Assembly (NCBI RefSeq): GCF_006345805.1
Contig: NC_043026.1
Coordinates: forward strand, 9,920,001 to 9,984,000
DNA length: 64,000 nt
Source: Octopus sinensis
Lineage: Eukaryota
Reading direction: 5' to 3'
Shown here: in pieces, positions 29,762 through 40,949 of the stretch
How positions within the stretch are numbered: the first letter of the stretch is position 1
How the letters are laid out: each line of letters opens with the position of its first letter
Notes under the pieces: generated by a model
What the model was told of the DNA's origin: nothing
What the model saw: the letters and a program-made list of their open reading frames with translations, nothing else
Database searches by the model: none
Translations under genes and position numbers: made by a program

Positions 29762-30020
29762 CTTCCTTTAACCAGGAAGGCAAGGCAGTTTTCATTGTAC
29801 TATGAATGTGTGTGGTGGACACGTTTGAAAGGTTTAGATACAAATACTTTCATCATTGGCCAACTGCTCACAAACTTTTTCAAGTACCACTTGAAAAGGA
29901 AGGTAAGAATAGAGAGAGAGGCTTTGTCTCATGAAAGTTTCAATAAAAGGTGGGTGAATGTAACAAAGATCGTATGTGTAAATGACAAAACCACTTTGAG
30001 CATGATCCTGTAAATCCAAA
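29762..30020 (+). mobile_element. L1/Tx1-like LINE C-terminal fragment
   Basis: ORF 29795..30013 ECVWWTRLKG...FFKYHLKRK...KRW; homologous to 23600-23910 (-). Confidence 0.55.
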
Positions 30021-30289
30021 GGAGAGGGCACTTTTTCCATCTTTAGCTTTTCATTTCCCCATCGCCAATTGCTAATTTCTCAATTGTCACTTCTTTTGCC
30101 CGTTCATTCCTCTTATGAGATTCACAAGTGTCTTAACTCATACTTCTCTTAGCTTAACGTTTTCTGTTTCTTTTCCCCCACTACACTTTACCTCCCCCAC
30201 CTTTCACCCTCCCAACCTCTCCCAATAATGTCATTACCCTGTTGTCTATCTGTGCGGGACACCCACACACATAACAGCAGCAATATATT

Positions 30290-30515
30290 GATACGTGTAA
30301 GGCAGCATGCTGGTGGAAACGTTAGCACGCTGGGTGAAATGCTTTGCGGTATTTCGTCTGAGTTCAAATTCTGCCGCGGTCGACTTTGCCTTTCATCCTT
30401 TCGGGGTCGATAAATTAAGTACCAGTTACGCACTGGAGGTCGATGTAATCGTTTGTCTGCCCTTCTTTGTCCCCTTCTGTGTTTAGCCCCTTGTAGGTAA
30501 TAAAGAAACAGGTAT
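30290..30515 (+). mobile_element. SINE-B single copy
   Basis: GGAAACGTTAGCACGCTGGGTGAAATGC...GAGTTCAAATT...AATAAAGAAACAGG. Confidence 0.85.
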
Positions 30516-30826
30516 ATTTTTATTTACATTTGTGAAGAAAAAAACATACCCTTCGCCCCACCCCTAACCCTAAAACAGATTGAAATGCAATAGATCGATA
30601 TTAGGGTCATAATTATGGGGGACAATTTCATGACACCGCTAGAAAAAAACTGCCGTTCAAACCGAAAAGATCCTAAGTGCATAATTCCCTGCCAAAATAT
30701 CTTGCATGGTGCCCACAAAACTGAGCAAAATCAGTCCGGAGAGGGCAAAATGGGATCGGAAGTGTTGGGTTAAAAAAACGTTTCCCTAACAATATTTTTT
30801 TTTGTCAAAATGATGCTTCAGATCAT

Positions 30827-30948
30827 TTCCAAGGACCCCATGAGAAGAAATCCGAAAAATCCCTGCTAACACAGAGAAATTCTAACAACTTAGAATTTCT
30901 CCGTGTTAGCAGGGATTTTTCGGATTTCTTCTCATGGGGGTCCTTGAA
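30827..30948. repeat. Near-perfect palindrome (~58-bp arms, ~4-nt loop)
   Basis: CCAAGGACCCCATGAG...GAAATTCTAA-CAAC-TTAGAATTTC...CTCATGGGGGTCCTTG. Confidence 0.95.
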
Positions 30949-31273
30949 GGGTATCTTTTTTTCTTCACGAATGTAAATAAAAATATACCTGTTTCTTTAT
31001 TACCTACAAGGGGCTAAACACAGAAGGGGACAAAGAAGTTGTTGGTCCTTCCTAATTCTTCCATGCTGGCATGGGTTGGATGGTTGTTGGTCAGGCAGAA
31101 ATTTCCCTGCCAGATGACCTTCCTCTTCCAGTTTCCAAGCAAGGTGATATTTCCCCATGTCCGGACATGCATTGACATATGTTACACCATGTGTAGACAA
31201 ACAGAGGAGAAGCTTCATTTAGATTCTGCTACCAAATCCACTCGGGTGGCTTTAGATACACTGACACTATTAA

Positions 31274-31585
31274 CCCCTTACCCGGCAGAAACGAATATAT
31301 GCGTTTTGACCGAAATCGTTTTTTTCTATCTCTGGCGAGTTAACTCGTCAAAAGATAGACTCGCCAAAATCGACAGCAAACGAGTTCCTTCATCTATTAT
31401 AAACTCTTTTTTGACATATACGAGTATATTCGCTCGCTTTATACGTCTGGCAGTGACAATGAGTCCTTTTGGGTTTTTTTCTTTGTATATAGATGAAAGA
31501 GTTATAGAGCATGTATTGACTGAAACTAATAAAAAATATGTCTGAAAAAATACATTTATTTTCAAAATAATTGTTGGATAAGGGG
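31274..31585. mobile_element. piggyBac-like MITE, second family
   Basis: TTAA|CCCCTTA ... TAAGGGG|TTAA. Confidence 0.7.
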
Positions 31586-31767
31586 TTAAAGAAGAAACTT
31601 GCTCAAGGTGATGCTCTGTGAGACTGAACCTCAAATCACATGGATGGAAAGCAAAGTTGTCAATTGTTTTTCCAATTTTGTTTCATCATTCATCAATGTT
31701 TATTCCTGTTTGATCTGTCATGGAAATTGTAGGTCCTTCGACTCTCCATATGACCACATAATAATAA

Positions 31768-32000
31768 TAATAATAATAATAATTGTGTACAGTGCACAGG
31801 TGCACTACAACTCATCTAAAGTGTATATATAATCAGGTGTAGTTTCGGCGGATTTCGGAGAGCATGAGGGCCTTAAAGGATGCAGTGTCATGGCAGTCAA
31901 CAACTGACGCAGGCAGTTTGCTCCATGCTTCAGCAACTCTGAGCGTGAAAAAAATGTTTCCGAAAGTCATGGGAGCTCTGTTGTTTTCTGACTTTGTAGA
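31768..32000 (-). mobile_element. CR1/L2-like LINE 3' fragment
   Basis: (ATA)n tail and sequence shared with 61340-61660; interrupts ZNF-intron-like sequence. Confidence 0.65.
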
Positions 32001-32059
32001 CATGACCTACTGGAAATAACAGTAAATTTCCCTTAGAATAAACATTTAACCTTAAATGT

Positions 32060-33008
32060 GACGAAATACCTATTTTTTACTACCCACAAGGGGCTAAACA
32101 AGGACAGACAAAGGGATTAAGTCGATTACATCGACCCCAATGCGTAACTGGTACTTAATTTATCGACCCCGAAAGGATGAAAGGCAAAGTCGACCATGGC
32201 AGAATTTGAACTCAGAACGTAACAGCAGACGAAATACCTATTTTTTACTACCCACAAGGGGCTAAACAAGGACAGACAAAGGGATTAAGTCGATTACATC
32301 GACCCCAATGCGTAACTGGTACTTAATTTATCGACCCCGAAAGGATGAAAGGCAAAGTCGACCTCGGTGGAATTTGAACTCAGAACGTAACAGCAGACGA
32401 AATACCTATTTTTTACTACCCACAAGGGGCTAAACACAGAGGGGACAAACAAGGACAGACAAAGGGATTAAGTCGATTACATCGACCCCAATGCGTAACT
32501 GGTACTTAATTTATCGACCCCGAAAGGATGAAAGGCAAAGTCGACCTCGGCGGAATTTGAACTCAGAACGTAACGACAGACGAAATACCTATTTTTTACT
32601 ACCCACAAGGGGCTAAACAAGGACAGACAAAGGGATTAAGTCGATTACATCGACCCCAATGCGTAACTGGTACTTAATTTATCGACCCCGAAAGGATGAA
32701 AGGCAAAGTCGACCTCGGCGGAATTTGAACTCAGAACGTAACGGCAGACGAAATACGGCTACGCATTTCGCCCGGCGTGCTAACGTTTCATATTTTTTTA
32801 TTGCCCACAAGGGGCTGAACATAGAGGGGACAAACAAAGGTATTAAGTCGATTACATTGATCTCCAGTGCGTAACTGGTACTTAATTTATCGACTCCGAG
32901 AGGATGAAAGGCAAAGTCGACCTCGGCGGAATTTGAACTCAGAACGTAACGGCAGACGAAATACGGCTACGCATTTCGCCCGCCGGCGTGCTAACGTTTC
33001 TGCCAACG
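32060..33008 (-). repeat. SINE-B array (4 bodies plus head to ~32790) and an adjacent single SINE-B
   Basis: GAATTTGAACTC at ~32202, 32370, 32553, 32728, 32929; heads at ~32760 and ~32965. Confidence 0.9.
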
Positions 33009-33094
33009 CCGTTCCCCTCTTGCTTCTCTGCACAGGACATCCACACACATATCCACAGCAATCACGGGAGATAATTAGACTGAGATATTTCAGG

Positions 33095-33190
33095 ACAGGA
33101 GATACGCATGCGCATTGAACGAGCTTCCCCACTTGATGTTGATATCGGGTGAAACGTCCTCTGCATTAATTTCTCTTAATCAGCTGGAAA
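33095..33190 (+). promoter_or_regulatory. Truncated ZNF promoter and exon 1 module (motif 33103-33114), cut by a mariner
   Basis: TACGCATGCGCATTGAAC...AATTTCTCTTAATCAGCTG homologous to 34459-34540; no donor follows. Confidence 0.6.
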
Positions 33191-33193
33191 TTT

Positions 33194-33655
33194 TTGGGTT
33201 GGTGCAGAATTATCGCGGCTTTTTTTTTTTTTCTCCATAAAAATGCGTATCGAAAACCACATGCACATTCGTCATATTATGCTGTATCACTTCGAGAAAG
33301 GCTGGAATGCGGCGCAGTCGTTTCGGGATCTCAATGAACTTTTTGGTGAAGGAACAATCAGCAAAAGCCAAGTTGAAAGATGGTTCAAGAAGTTCAAGTC
33401 GGGCGATCGAAACCTCGCAGATGAAAAAAGAAGAGGTCGATCGTCCAGTTTCAACGACGAGGCACTTTTGGCAGCCGTGGAAGAGGACAAAAGCCTGACG
33501 ACGAGGATGTTGGCCGAGGGCTTCAATGTGGACCATTCGACCATCGTTCGTCGTCTCAAAAAGCTCGGAAAAGTAGGGAAGTTGACTGGGTGGGTCCCCC
33601 ACGAACTCTCCGATAACAACAAAGCCGAACGTAAAGAAGCAGATGGGAAAAACGT
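33194..33655 (+). mobile_element. Mariner (Tc1/mariner) element, left TIR and N-terminal transposase only
   Basis: TTGGGTTGGTG TIR-like start; ORF 33243..33668 HIRHIMLYHFEKG...WFKKFKSGD...GWVPHEL (Mos1-type HTH and WVPHEL motif); no DDD domain. Confidence 0.9.
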
Positions 33656-33770
33656 GGGTAGAGGGTGATGTGCCGGCAACCCTCTCTCATTACACTTTTA
33701 CAAAGTAAACAACAACACATATAACTACGCAAAAGCAGCCATGGTTGGAACAAGAACAACAAGTATTATT

Positions 33771-33998
33771 GGCGATCTTTCGTCTCTAGTAGACCTTTCC
33801 GTCGATTTCCGTAAATTTTTTTTTTTTTTTACATATGGGCTTGCGCGAACTTTTGAAGCAATATACATACATATACACATACACCGAGTAAAAAATTTCA
33901 GTTATCTCTTTCTTTCACACATTACTCTGTCTCTTCACACATACTAACAGAAGCACTTCACTTACACAACATACTGTCTGTCTGCCACACCCCATCAA

Positions 33999-34029
<31 letters not shown>

Positions 34030-34205
34030 CATCAATGTTTCCCATGCACGGTAACTTCAAAAGAACTTCCCTCGTCATACAATCGCTTTCTCTTAGTCTC
34101 TTTCGCTCTCATTACTTCAAAAGTTCCCGCAAGCCCATATGTAAAAAAAAAAGAAGTTTTTTTACGGAAATCGACGGAAAGGTCTACTAGAGACGAAAGA
34201 TTGCC
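33771..34205. mobile_element. Merlin-like MITE
   Basis: GGCGATC...GATTGCC TIRs; perfect 8-bp TSD GTATTATT (33763-33770 and 34206-34213). Confidence 0.92.
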
Positions 34206-34451
34206 GTATTATTAAAAGAGAAAAGAGGCATGGTCATGCCTTACCCAAATGACCTTATCTTATCACCCATCTCTTGTTATGCGCTCGTAAATTAGTTGAG
34301 CTCTGAGTGACTGTATGCAAATGAGTTCATATCTGGGGTCCGGATCTCGCGTGGGAAAAAAAAAATTCATGCATGGGACACTCACACATACATCCACAGC
34401 AGATGAAAGATGAAGAGTTAATTAAACTTAGCAGACTTAATTATTTTAGGA

Positions 34452-34645
34452 CCGGAGAGACGCATGCGCATTGAACTTACTTCCAGCTTCCTCTCGATAT
34501 CCAATTAATTGTCCCGTGCATGAATTTCTCTTAATTAGCTGTAAATCCAATTATGATATCTATAATACGTACTTATACCGCATTCTCAACCACCAGATGC
34601 ACACATATATAACCACACTATCCTTTAAGAAACATTTCCGTAAGT
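34452..34645 (+). promoter_or_regulatory. ZNF6 promoter and exon 1 module (motif 34459-34470; donor at 34640)
   Basis: GACGCATGCGCA ... CATTTCC|GTAAGTATTAA followed by ZNF-type intron start; no other such module before the acceptor at 45851. Confidence 0.7.
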
Positions 34646-34776
34646 ATTAAACAATGAAGATATTCTATGTTTTTAATTCTGTAGACGTTCGGTTTTTTGC
34701 AGGTGCTCCCTTCTGTGGTTTATGAGCGAAAGATGTCCTTGATTTGGTTGCTATTTCTAACTTTCGAAGACAGATA

Positions 34777-35400
34777 CAGTGTCGCCAACTTAAAATCACG
34801 GTTTTATGCTAAATTTCAGTAGAAAAAAATACAAAAAAAAAATGCTAAAGAATAATTATATCAAAAAGCTTAATTTTTAATTTACATTTTTATTTACCTT
34901 CTTTAATTATATTCAGCATTGAAAAATAATTTCTTGAATTTCACTGATTTAATCACTTTGGGTTGCAGTGCTTAGGTCTTCACTTCTGTATACATTTAAG
35001 GTCCCAATCTTGTTAATTATGTTGTGTTTTGGGATATCGAAGCAGTCGCAACCTTTGCCATATCTTTTCAGGCCGTACTTTTAAAGACAGTATTGATCTA
35101 AGCATAGGAAGATGCATTTTGTTTTTCAATTTTGATTTGATTACGCCCATACTACTGAACAACCGTTCAACTTCTGCATTTGAGTTTGGCAATGTCAATA
35201 GATTAATGGCAAAATTTGCAACATCGCTAAAAGGATTTCCTCCGGTAGCATCTTTATTTTCCAAGAATTCTAGCCAGAATGCCTCAGTAGTAGATGTATT
35301 TGTCCATTTAACTAAATGAATGCTATTAAACTGAATTTCAATTGGAGCAATTTTTTCTTCATTTAAATGCTTAAATTGCTTCTAATTACCTCTCAATTCA
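34777..35400 (-). mobile_element. hAT transposon 3' end (TIR plus dimerisation-domain coding remnant), copy 1
   Basis: TIR-like CAGTGTCGCCAAC at 34777; ORF 35013..35264 LLTLPNSNAEVERLFSSMG (hATC-type motif). Confidence 0.85.
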
Positions 35401-35548
35401 TCAATGTTTATTCTTGTTTGATCTGTCATGAAAATTGTAGGTCCTGCGACTCTCTATATTATCATATGACCTACTGGAAATAACAGCACATTTCCCTTAA
35501 ATTTTTCCTATGGGTCGTGAATATTGACGACTGCATTGGGTGATGTAC

Positions 35549-36900
35549 CACTTTTTTTTGTGAGTGTCACTGTAATATATGATAAAATTTCCTATCGACT
35601 TGTTTATCCATGGATATCCATGGATTCATCTAATAACAGGCTAAATTTTCAATCTCCTATATCAGAAATCAAATCTCCATCAAAATATGGAGCTAGACCA
35701 TTTCTCACAATATTTGCACATTTTGTACGATGCAACTTCACTTTGGATATAATATCACCATCAGACATATAATTCTTACATAATTCTAATAAGTGATCCC
35801 TCGAGCCGGAGCTGAACAGACGGATTGGGAAGGCTGCTGCTGCCATGGCTAAGCTCTCCAGGAGAGTGTGGGAAAACAACATGCTCACAATAACCACCAA
35901 GATCGCAGTGTACCGAGCCTGCGTGCTGAGCACCCTACTCTACGGCAGCGAGAGCTGGACAACATACACCCGGCAAGAATGCCGCCTCAGCGGCTTCCAC
36001 ATGCGGTGTCTTCGACGGATCCTTGGCATCTCCTGGAAGGACCGAGTACCAAACGGAGTCATCCTAGAACAGACTAATATGCCAAGCATGCATGCCCTCC
36101 TCATGCGGAGACGACTGCGCTGGCTCGGACACGTCTGCCGCATGCAGGACGGTCGCATGCCTAAAGACATCCTGTACAGCGAACTCACCACGGGATCCCG
36201 ACCCAAGGGACGTCCACAGCTACGATACAGGGATGTGTGCAAGCGCGACCTGAGGACTGCCAACATCTGTGTGGACACGTGGGAGGAAACAGCTGCTGAC
36301 CGCTCTGCCTGGCGTCGGACAGTGAGGAAAGGCGTTTCCATGGCTGAGGAAAGGAGGGCACAGCTGTGGTCGGACAGGCGGGACAGGAGGAGGACAACTG
36401 CAGCAACACCCCACACGTACCCATCGATGTTCGTGTGCAGCAACTGTACCAGGGGCTGCCACTCTAGAATTGGACTGTTCAGTCACAGCAGACGCTGCTC
36501 ATCATCAAAGTAGGCCCCACCCTTGGCGCGACCCATTGTCTATCAAGACAGACGGGGGAGAAGAGAGAGAAGAGAAGATCAAAGTTATTAAATGATGAAT
36601 GGCAACAAATAAACATTGCTAAATTCGCTTCAGGCATAGATGTCTTATCATTTTTGCTGTAAAGTTGATGTCTTATGTTTCTTTGCCTCACAGTGGCTTA
36701 CTAAAAGAGAATATTTTGCAAGCATATTACATCTACAATATCTGCAATGTACTTCACACAACCACTTAGTAAACGCTGGTATCTTAAGCCATTCCTTTCA
36801 GAATTTTTGCTGGTACAACTTTGTTTTTTCTTTGCTCGTTATAATATAGTGGGAAGTAAGAATATAAATTGAATGATGAATAAAAAATATAAAATTGAAA
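35549..36900 (-). mobile_element. hAT transposase N-terminal half (zinc-finger region to first catalytic Asp), split by an RTE insertion
   Basis: Minus strand QQKF*KEWL...WL...HCRYC...H...KH. Removing 35799-36590 restores CHSSFNNFDHLLELC...KLHRTKC...FSLLLDES. Confidence 0.8.
35799..36590 (+). mobile_element. RTE-clade LINE 3' fragment
   Basis: ORF 35845..36513 LLYGSESW...LRWLGHVCRM...CSNCTRGCHSRIGLFSH; (GA)-rich tail; GATC on both sides. Confidence 0.92.
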
Positions 36901-37092
36901 ATACAACTTATCAGAAATTGTTGTGGCGAGCAGGGGGACATATTATGAACAGTCAATGACGATATAAATAGGGCTTCCAACCTTTCCTCATGGAAGTGAT
37001 TTCATGGTTTAAAACCAAGCAGGGTCGACGCAGGGCAAGGTGTACCCATCTTCCTCTCAATCCCCCTACATGTGTGTGTGTGTGTGTGTGTA

Positions 37093-38125
37093 AAAGGCGG
37101 CGAGCTGGCCGAATCGTTAGCATGCCGGGTGAAATGCTTAGCGGTATTTCGTCTGTCGTTACGTTCTGAGTTCAAATTCCGCCGAGGTCGACTTTGCCTT
37201 TCATCCTTTCGGGGTCGATAAATTAAGTACCAGTTACGCACTGGGGTCGATGTAATCGACTTAATACCTATGTCTGTCCTTGTTTGTCCCCTCTGTGTTT
37301 AGCCCCTTGTGGGTAATAAAGAAATAGGTATTTCGTCTGCCGGTTTCGTCTGTCGTTACCTTCTGAGTTCAAATTCCGCCGAGGTCGACTTTGCCTTTCA
37401 TCCTTTCGGGGTCGATAAATTAAGTACCAGTTACGCACTGGGGTCGATGTAATCGACTTAATACCTATGTCTGTCCTTGTTTGTCCCCCTCTGTGTTTAG
37501 CCCCTTGTGGGTAATAAAGAAATAGGTATTTCGTCTGCCGGTTTCGTCTGTCGTTACGTTCTGAGTTCAAATTCCGCCGAGGTCGACTTTGCCTTTCATC
37601 CTTTCGGGGTCGATAAATTAAGTACCAGTTACGCACTGGGGTCGATGTAATCGACTTAATACCTATGTCTGTCCTTGTTTGTCCCCTCTGTGTTTAGCCC
37701 CTTGTGGGTAATAAAGAAATAGGTATTTCGTCTGCCGGTTTCGTCTGTCGTTACGTTCTGAGTTCAAATTCCGCCGAGGTCGACTTTGCCTTTCATCCTT
37801 TCGGGGTCGATAAATTAAGTACCAGTTACGCACTGGGGTCGATGTAATCGACTTAATACCTATGTCTGTCCTTGTTTGTCCCCTCTGTGTTTAGCCCCTT
37901 GTGGGTAATAAAGAAATAGGTATTTCGTCTGCCGGTTTCGTCTGTCGTTACGTTCTGAGTTCAAATTCCGCCGAGGTCGACTTTGCCTTTCATCCTTTCG
38001 GGGTCGATAAATTAAGTACCAGTTACGCACTGGGGTCGATATAATAGACTTAATCCGTCCGTTTGTCTGTCCTTGTTTGTCCCCTCTGTGAGTTAGCTCC
38101 TTGTGGGCAGTAAAGAAATATATAT
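37093..38125 (+). repeat. SINE-B array (head plus 5 bodies, ~197-bp period)
   Basis: One A-box-like head (GCTGGCCGAATCGTTAG); GAGTTCAAATTCC at ~37168, 37365, 37563, 37760, 37958. Confidence 0.92.
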
Positions 38126-38339
38126 ATATATATGGTAATTTGGCAGGTGGGGGTGCGTTGGAATTTGCAAGTCCGTGAGCAATTGTTTTAATGCTTATCT
38201 TATTCCTGCCATTACACACACACACACACACACACATGCTTACACACACACATACACACAAATCTGTCTGGATTAAGGTAGTTTAAATGTAGATCAACTC
38301 TGATACAATACACTGGTTACTCGAAAACAAAGCTTTTCC

Positions 38340-38760
38340 CCGACAAGAAAGAGAGAGAAAGAACGAAGGAAGGAAAGAAAGAAAGAAATAAGGAGAGAGA
38401 GAAAGAAAGAAGGAGAGGGAGATAGAAAGAAGGAAAGAGAGAAAGATAGAAAGGAAGGAAGAAGGAGAGAGAAGGAAAGGAATGAAGGAAGAAGGAGAGA
38501 GAGATAGAATGAGGGGAAGAAAGAAATAAGGAGAGAGAGAAAGAAAGGAGAGGGAGATAGAAAGAAAGGAATGAAGGAAGAAAGAAAGGAGAGATAGATA
38601 GAAAGAGGGGAAGGAAGAAAGAAAGAAGGAGAGAGAGATAGAAAGAGGGGTAGAAAGAAAGGGAGGAAGATAGAAAGAGGGAAAGAAAGAAAGGAAGAAA
38701 GGAAGAAAGAAGGAGAGAGAGATAGAAAGAGGGGAAGAAAGAAAAGAAGGTAAGAAATGA
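38340..38760. repeat. Polypurine (GA-rich) low-complexity tract
   Basis: Almost only A and G on +; explains the spurious F/L/S-rich ORF 38317..38802. Confidence 0.95.
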
Positions 38761-38954
38761 ATAAATGTTATTTGATAGCGAATGAGGAAATCTAAAAAGC
38801 ATTTGATCTTGTCTGAAGGCTGACCTGGTTTGTGCAGCTCAAGTGCTGAGCAGCCGATTGCAGTTCACACGCAACCAGTTGTCGTTTCAATTAATTCTTG
38901 GAAAAGGACTTCACTTTCACTTTCAGGTCAAAAGCAATTCGGGTGGATTTCGCA

Positions 38955-38966
38955 AACGCATGCGCA
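38955..38966 (+). promoter_or_regulatory. NRF1-like motif 68 nt upstream of caspase ATG
   Basis: AACGCATGCGCA; flanks are not homologous to the ZNF modules. Confidence 0.4.
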
Positions 38967-39033
38967 TTATATATCAATCTATATACCATACCCGGAACTA
39001 ATTTCAGCTTATCGCATTTCTGGAACGGACGAT

Positions 39034-39903
39034 ATGGATGCTGAACGTGTGAATGTGAGTACAGAAGCTCAGTTCCATCGACCCACTAGGGAAGATTTAA
39101 GAAATTGTTTCGATAAATATGACATGGAACATAAAAAGCGAGGTGTTGCCTACATCTTCAACAATGAAAATTTCAAAGACTCAAAAAATCTTCCAATTCG
39201 TCACGGCTCATCAAAAGACACAGAAGATTTTAAAGCATCATTACTGAATCTTGGATTTCGTGAAGATGACATCAAAGTTCATGCAGATGAGAGTGCCGAT
39301 GAGATGCGCAAAACTTTGGACGAGTTTGAGCAAAATAATCCTGATATTAAAGGTAATATCGACTGCTTTATTTGTGCGATTCTGAGCCATGGTAAGGAAA
39401 ACGATATTATATATGGATACGACGGTGAAGTTGAGCTAGACGAATTGCTTTCTTACCTGAGACCCGATCGCTGTCCATCTCTGACAGGAATACCTAAATT
39501 AATCTTTATTCAAGCATGTCGTGGAAGCAAGATTGATGTTGGAGTCGAAAGAAACGATGCCGAGGAAGAAGAAACTGGAAAAAAGCCACCGAAAATTCCA
39601 ATCATGGCAGATATGTTGGTTTTCCATTCGTCATCAAATAAATATCCGTCAATGAGGGATAAAGAAATAGGTTCGTGGTTTATGCAGACTTTAAGTAAAA
39701 TGTTGATGGAATATGGCACTGAATACGAAATGATGACACTTTTAACCGCTGTCTCTAAGTATGTTGCCTCTTTAGAATTCCAAAGTTCTGACCAGCCGGA
39801 ATACAATGTTTGTAAACAAATGCCTCAGATTATGTCGACATTGGTCAAAAAACTAAAGTTTGAACGGAGGAACGAAGATATTTCAGTAAACATACATTCT
39901 TAA
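39034..39903 (+). CDS. Effector-type caspase (caspase-3/7-like fold, short prodomain), intronless, 289 aa
   Basis: GVAYIFNNENF, RHGS, LSHG (His at 39388), QACRG (Cys at 39517), GSWFMQTL and KQMPQIMSTLVKKLKF, all in one uninterrupted frame; first ATG 39034. Confidence 0.93.
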   Translation: MDAERVNVSTEAQFHRPTREDLRNCFDKYDMEHKKRGVAYIFNNENFKDSKNLPIRHGSSKDTEDFKASLLNLGFREDDIKVHADESADEMRKTLDEFEQNNPDIKGNIDCFICAILSHGKENDIIYGYDGEVELDELLSYLRPDRCPSLTGIPKLIFIQACRGSKIDVGVERNDAEEEETGKKPPKIPIMADMLVFHSSSNKYPSMRDKEIGSWFMQTLSKMLMEYGTEYEMMTLLTAVSKYVASLEFQSSDQPEYNVCKQMPQIMSTLVKKLKFERRNEDISVNIHS

Positions 39904-40949
39904 TTGCAAAAATAGAATATTTTAGGAACTCGTATATCTACAAAGAAGTACAAAGTATTTACACGTAATACCTGCAGTATAGATTGAAAAGTATATATAA
40001 TGTTTTCAACCAAAAAATTACTAATATGATTACAAACTTGATTTGATTTAATATCTTCTAACATTTTAAGATGTTTAACTAAAACTATTTCCTACCATGA
40101 ATTTTACTGAGAACACCAGTGCCTTATAGGTCCATTCTAAATTACAAAATAATTCTACGCTCAGAAAATTGAACAAACATTCTTTTATATACAACTAAAT
40201 ATGAACAATATTAATACGTAGGCTATTATATTCATGCGCTTTCCTATATCGCTGGATTCGTAACAGTTTCTCTGCCAAAGAGAAATTGTTTATCTTTCTT
40301 CTCTCACTGCATTAAACTATTTCGTAATATTTTTTTCAATTATTCCATTTTTGTTTTCTTTATTACTATGGTGAATAATCTCCTGTTATCAACACAAAGT
40401 CTCTGAAATGACAACGAAATAATAAAATGTATAAGCTTTTACGCTAGTTTTTAATTTATGAAAATATTTAAAGTGTGAAAGAAAGGTTGTGATATAATTT
40501 TGTGTGCGGAAAAACATTTATGATAAACTGTCGAAGGTAAAGAACATGCACCTCCAATGTTTAAGGTTAGGGTTTGGGGCTCAGGTTTTGGGTTCGGGTT
40601 AGGGTTACGATGAAAACGGGTGGTGTGCGCATTCTTTACTTCCGCCGATAAAATAATTAAATTTCTGATTGTTGCGTGAATTATCGGCTGAAGTAGCCAT
40701 TAAGCAAAATACACACGGATTGAGGGTGTGGCTGGTATATGTGTGAATACCACCATATGTCTATACTACGACTACTAGGAGCTGTATATGACACTGTTGA
40801 TTTTATGAGCTGACTGTTATTTCTAGCGTCGGAGGTCAACAGTTTACATAGAAGAAAATGACGAAAACTGTTGAGATTTTTACGGAAAAACTTTGTTTTG
40901 TTGAGAGAGTGTGGATGTTATTGAAATGATATTACGATAAATGTTGAGA

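Noticed and set aside
37093-38125. CRISPR-like array
   Set aside because: Units are whole ~180-200-bp SINE bodies with no unique spacers, there are no cas genes, and the context is eukaryotic. The same applies to the 62- and 135-bp arrays.
38317-38802. 161-aa hydrophobic ORF
   Set aside because: It is the translation of the GA-rich low-complexity tract.
38830-39033. N-terminal extension of the caspase in the ORF track
   Set aside because: It starts at a non-ATG codon, has no caspase or CARD/DED similarity, and overlaps the putative promoter and acceptor sites.
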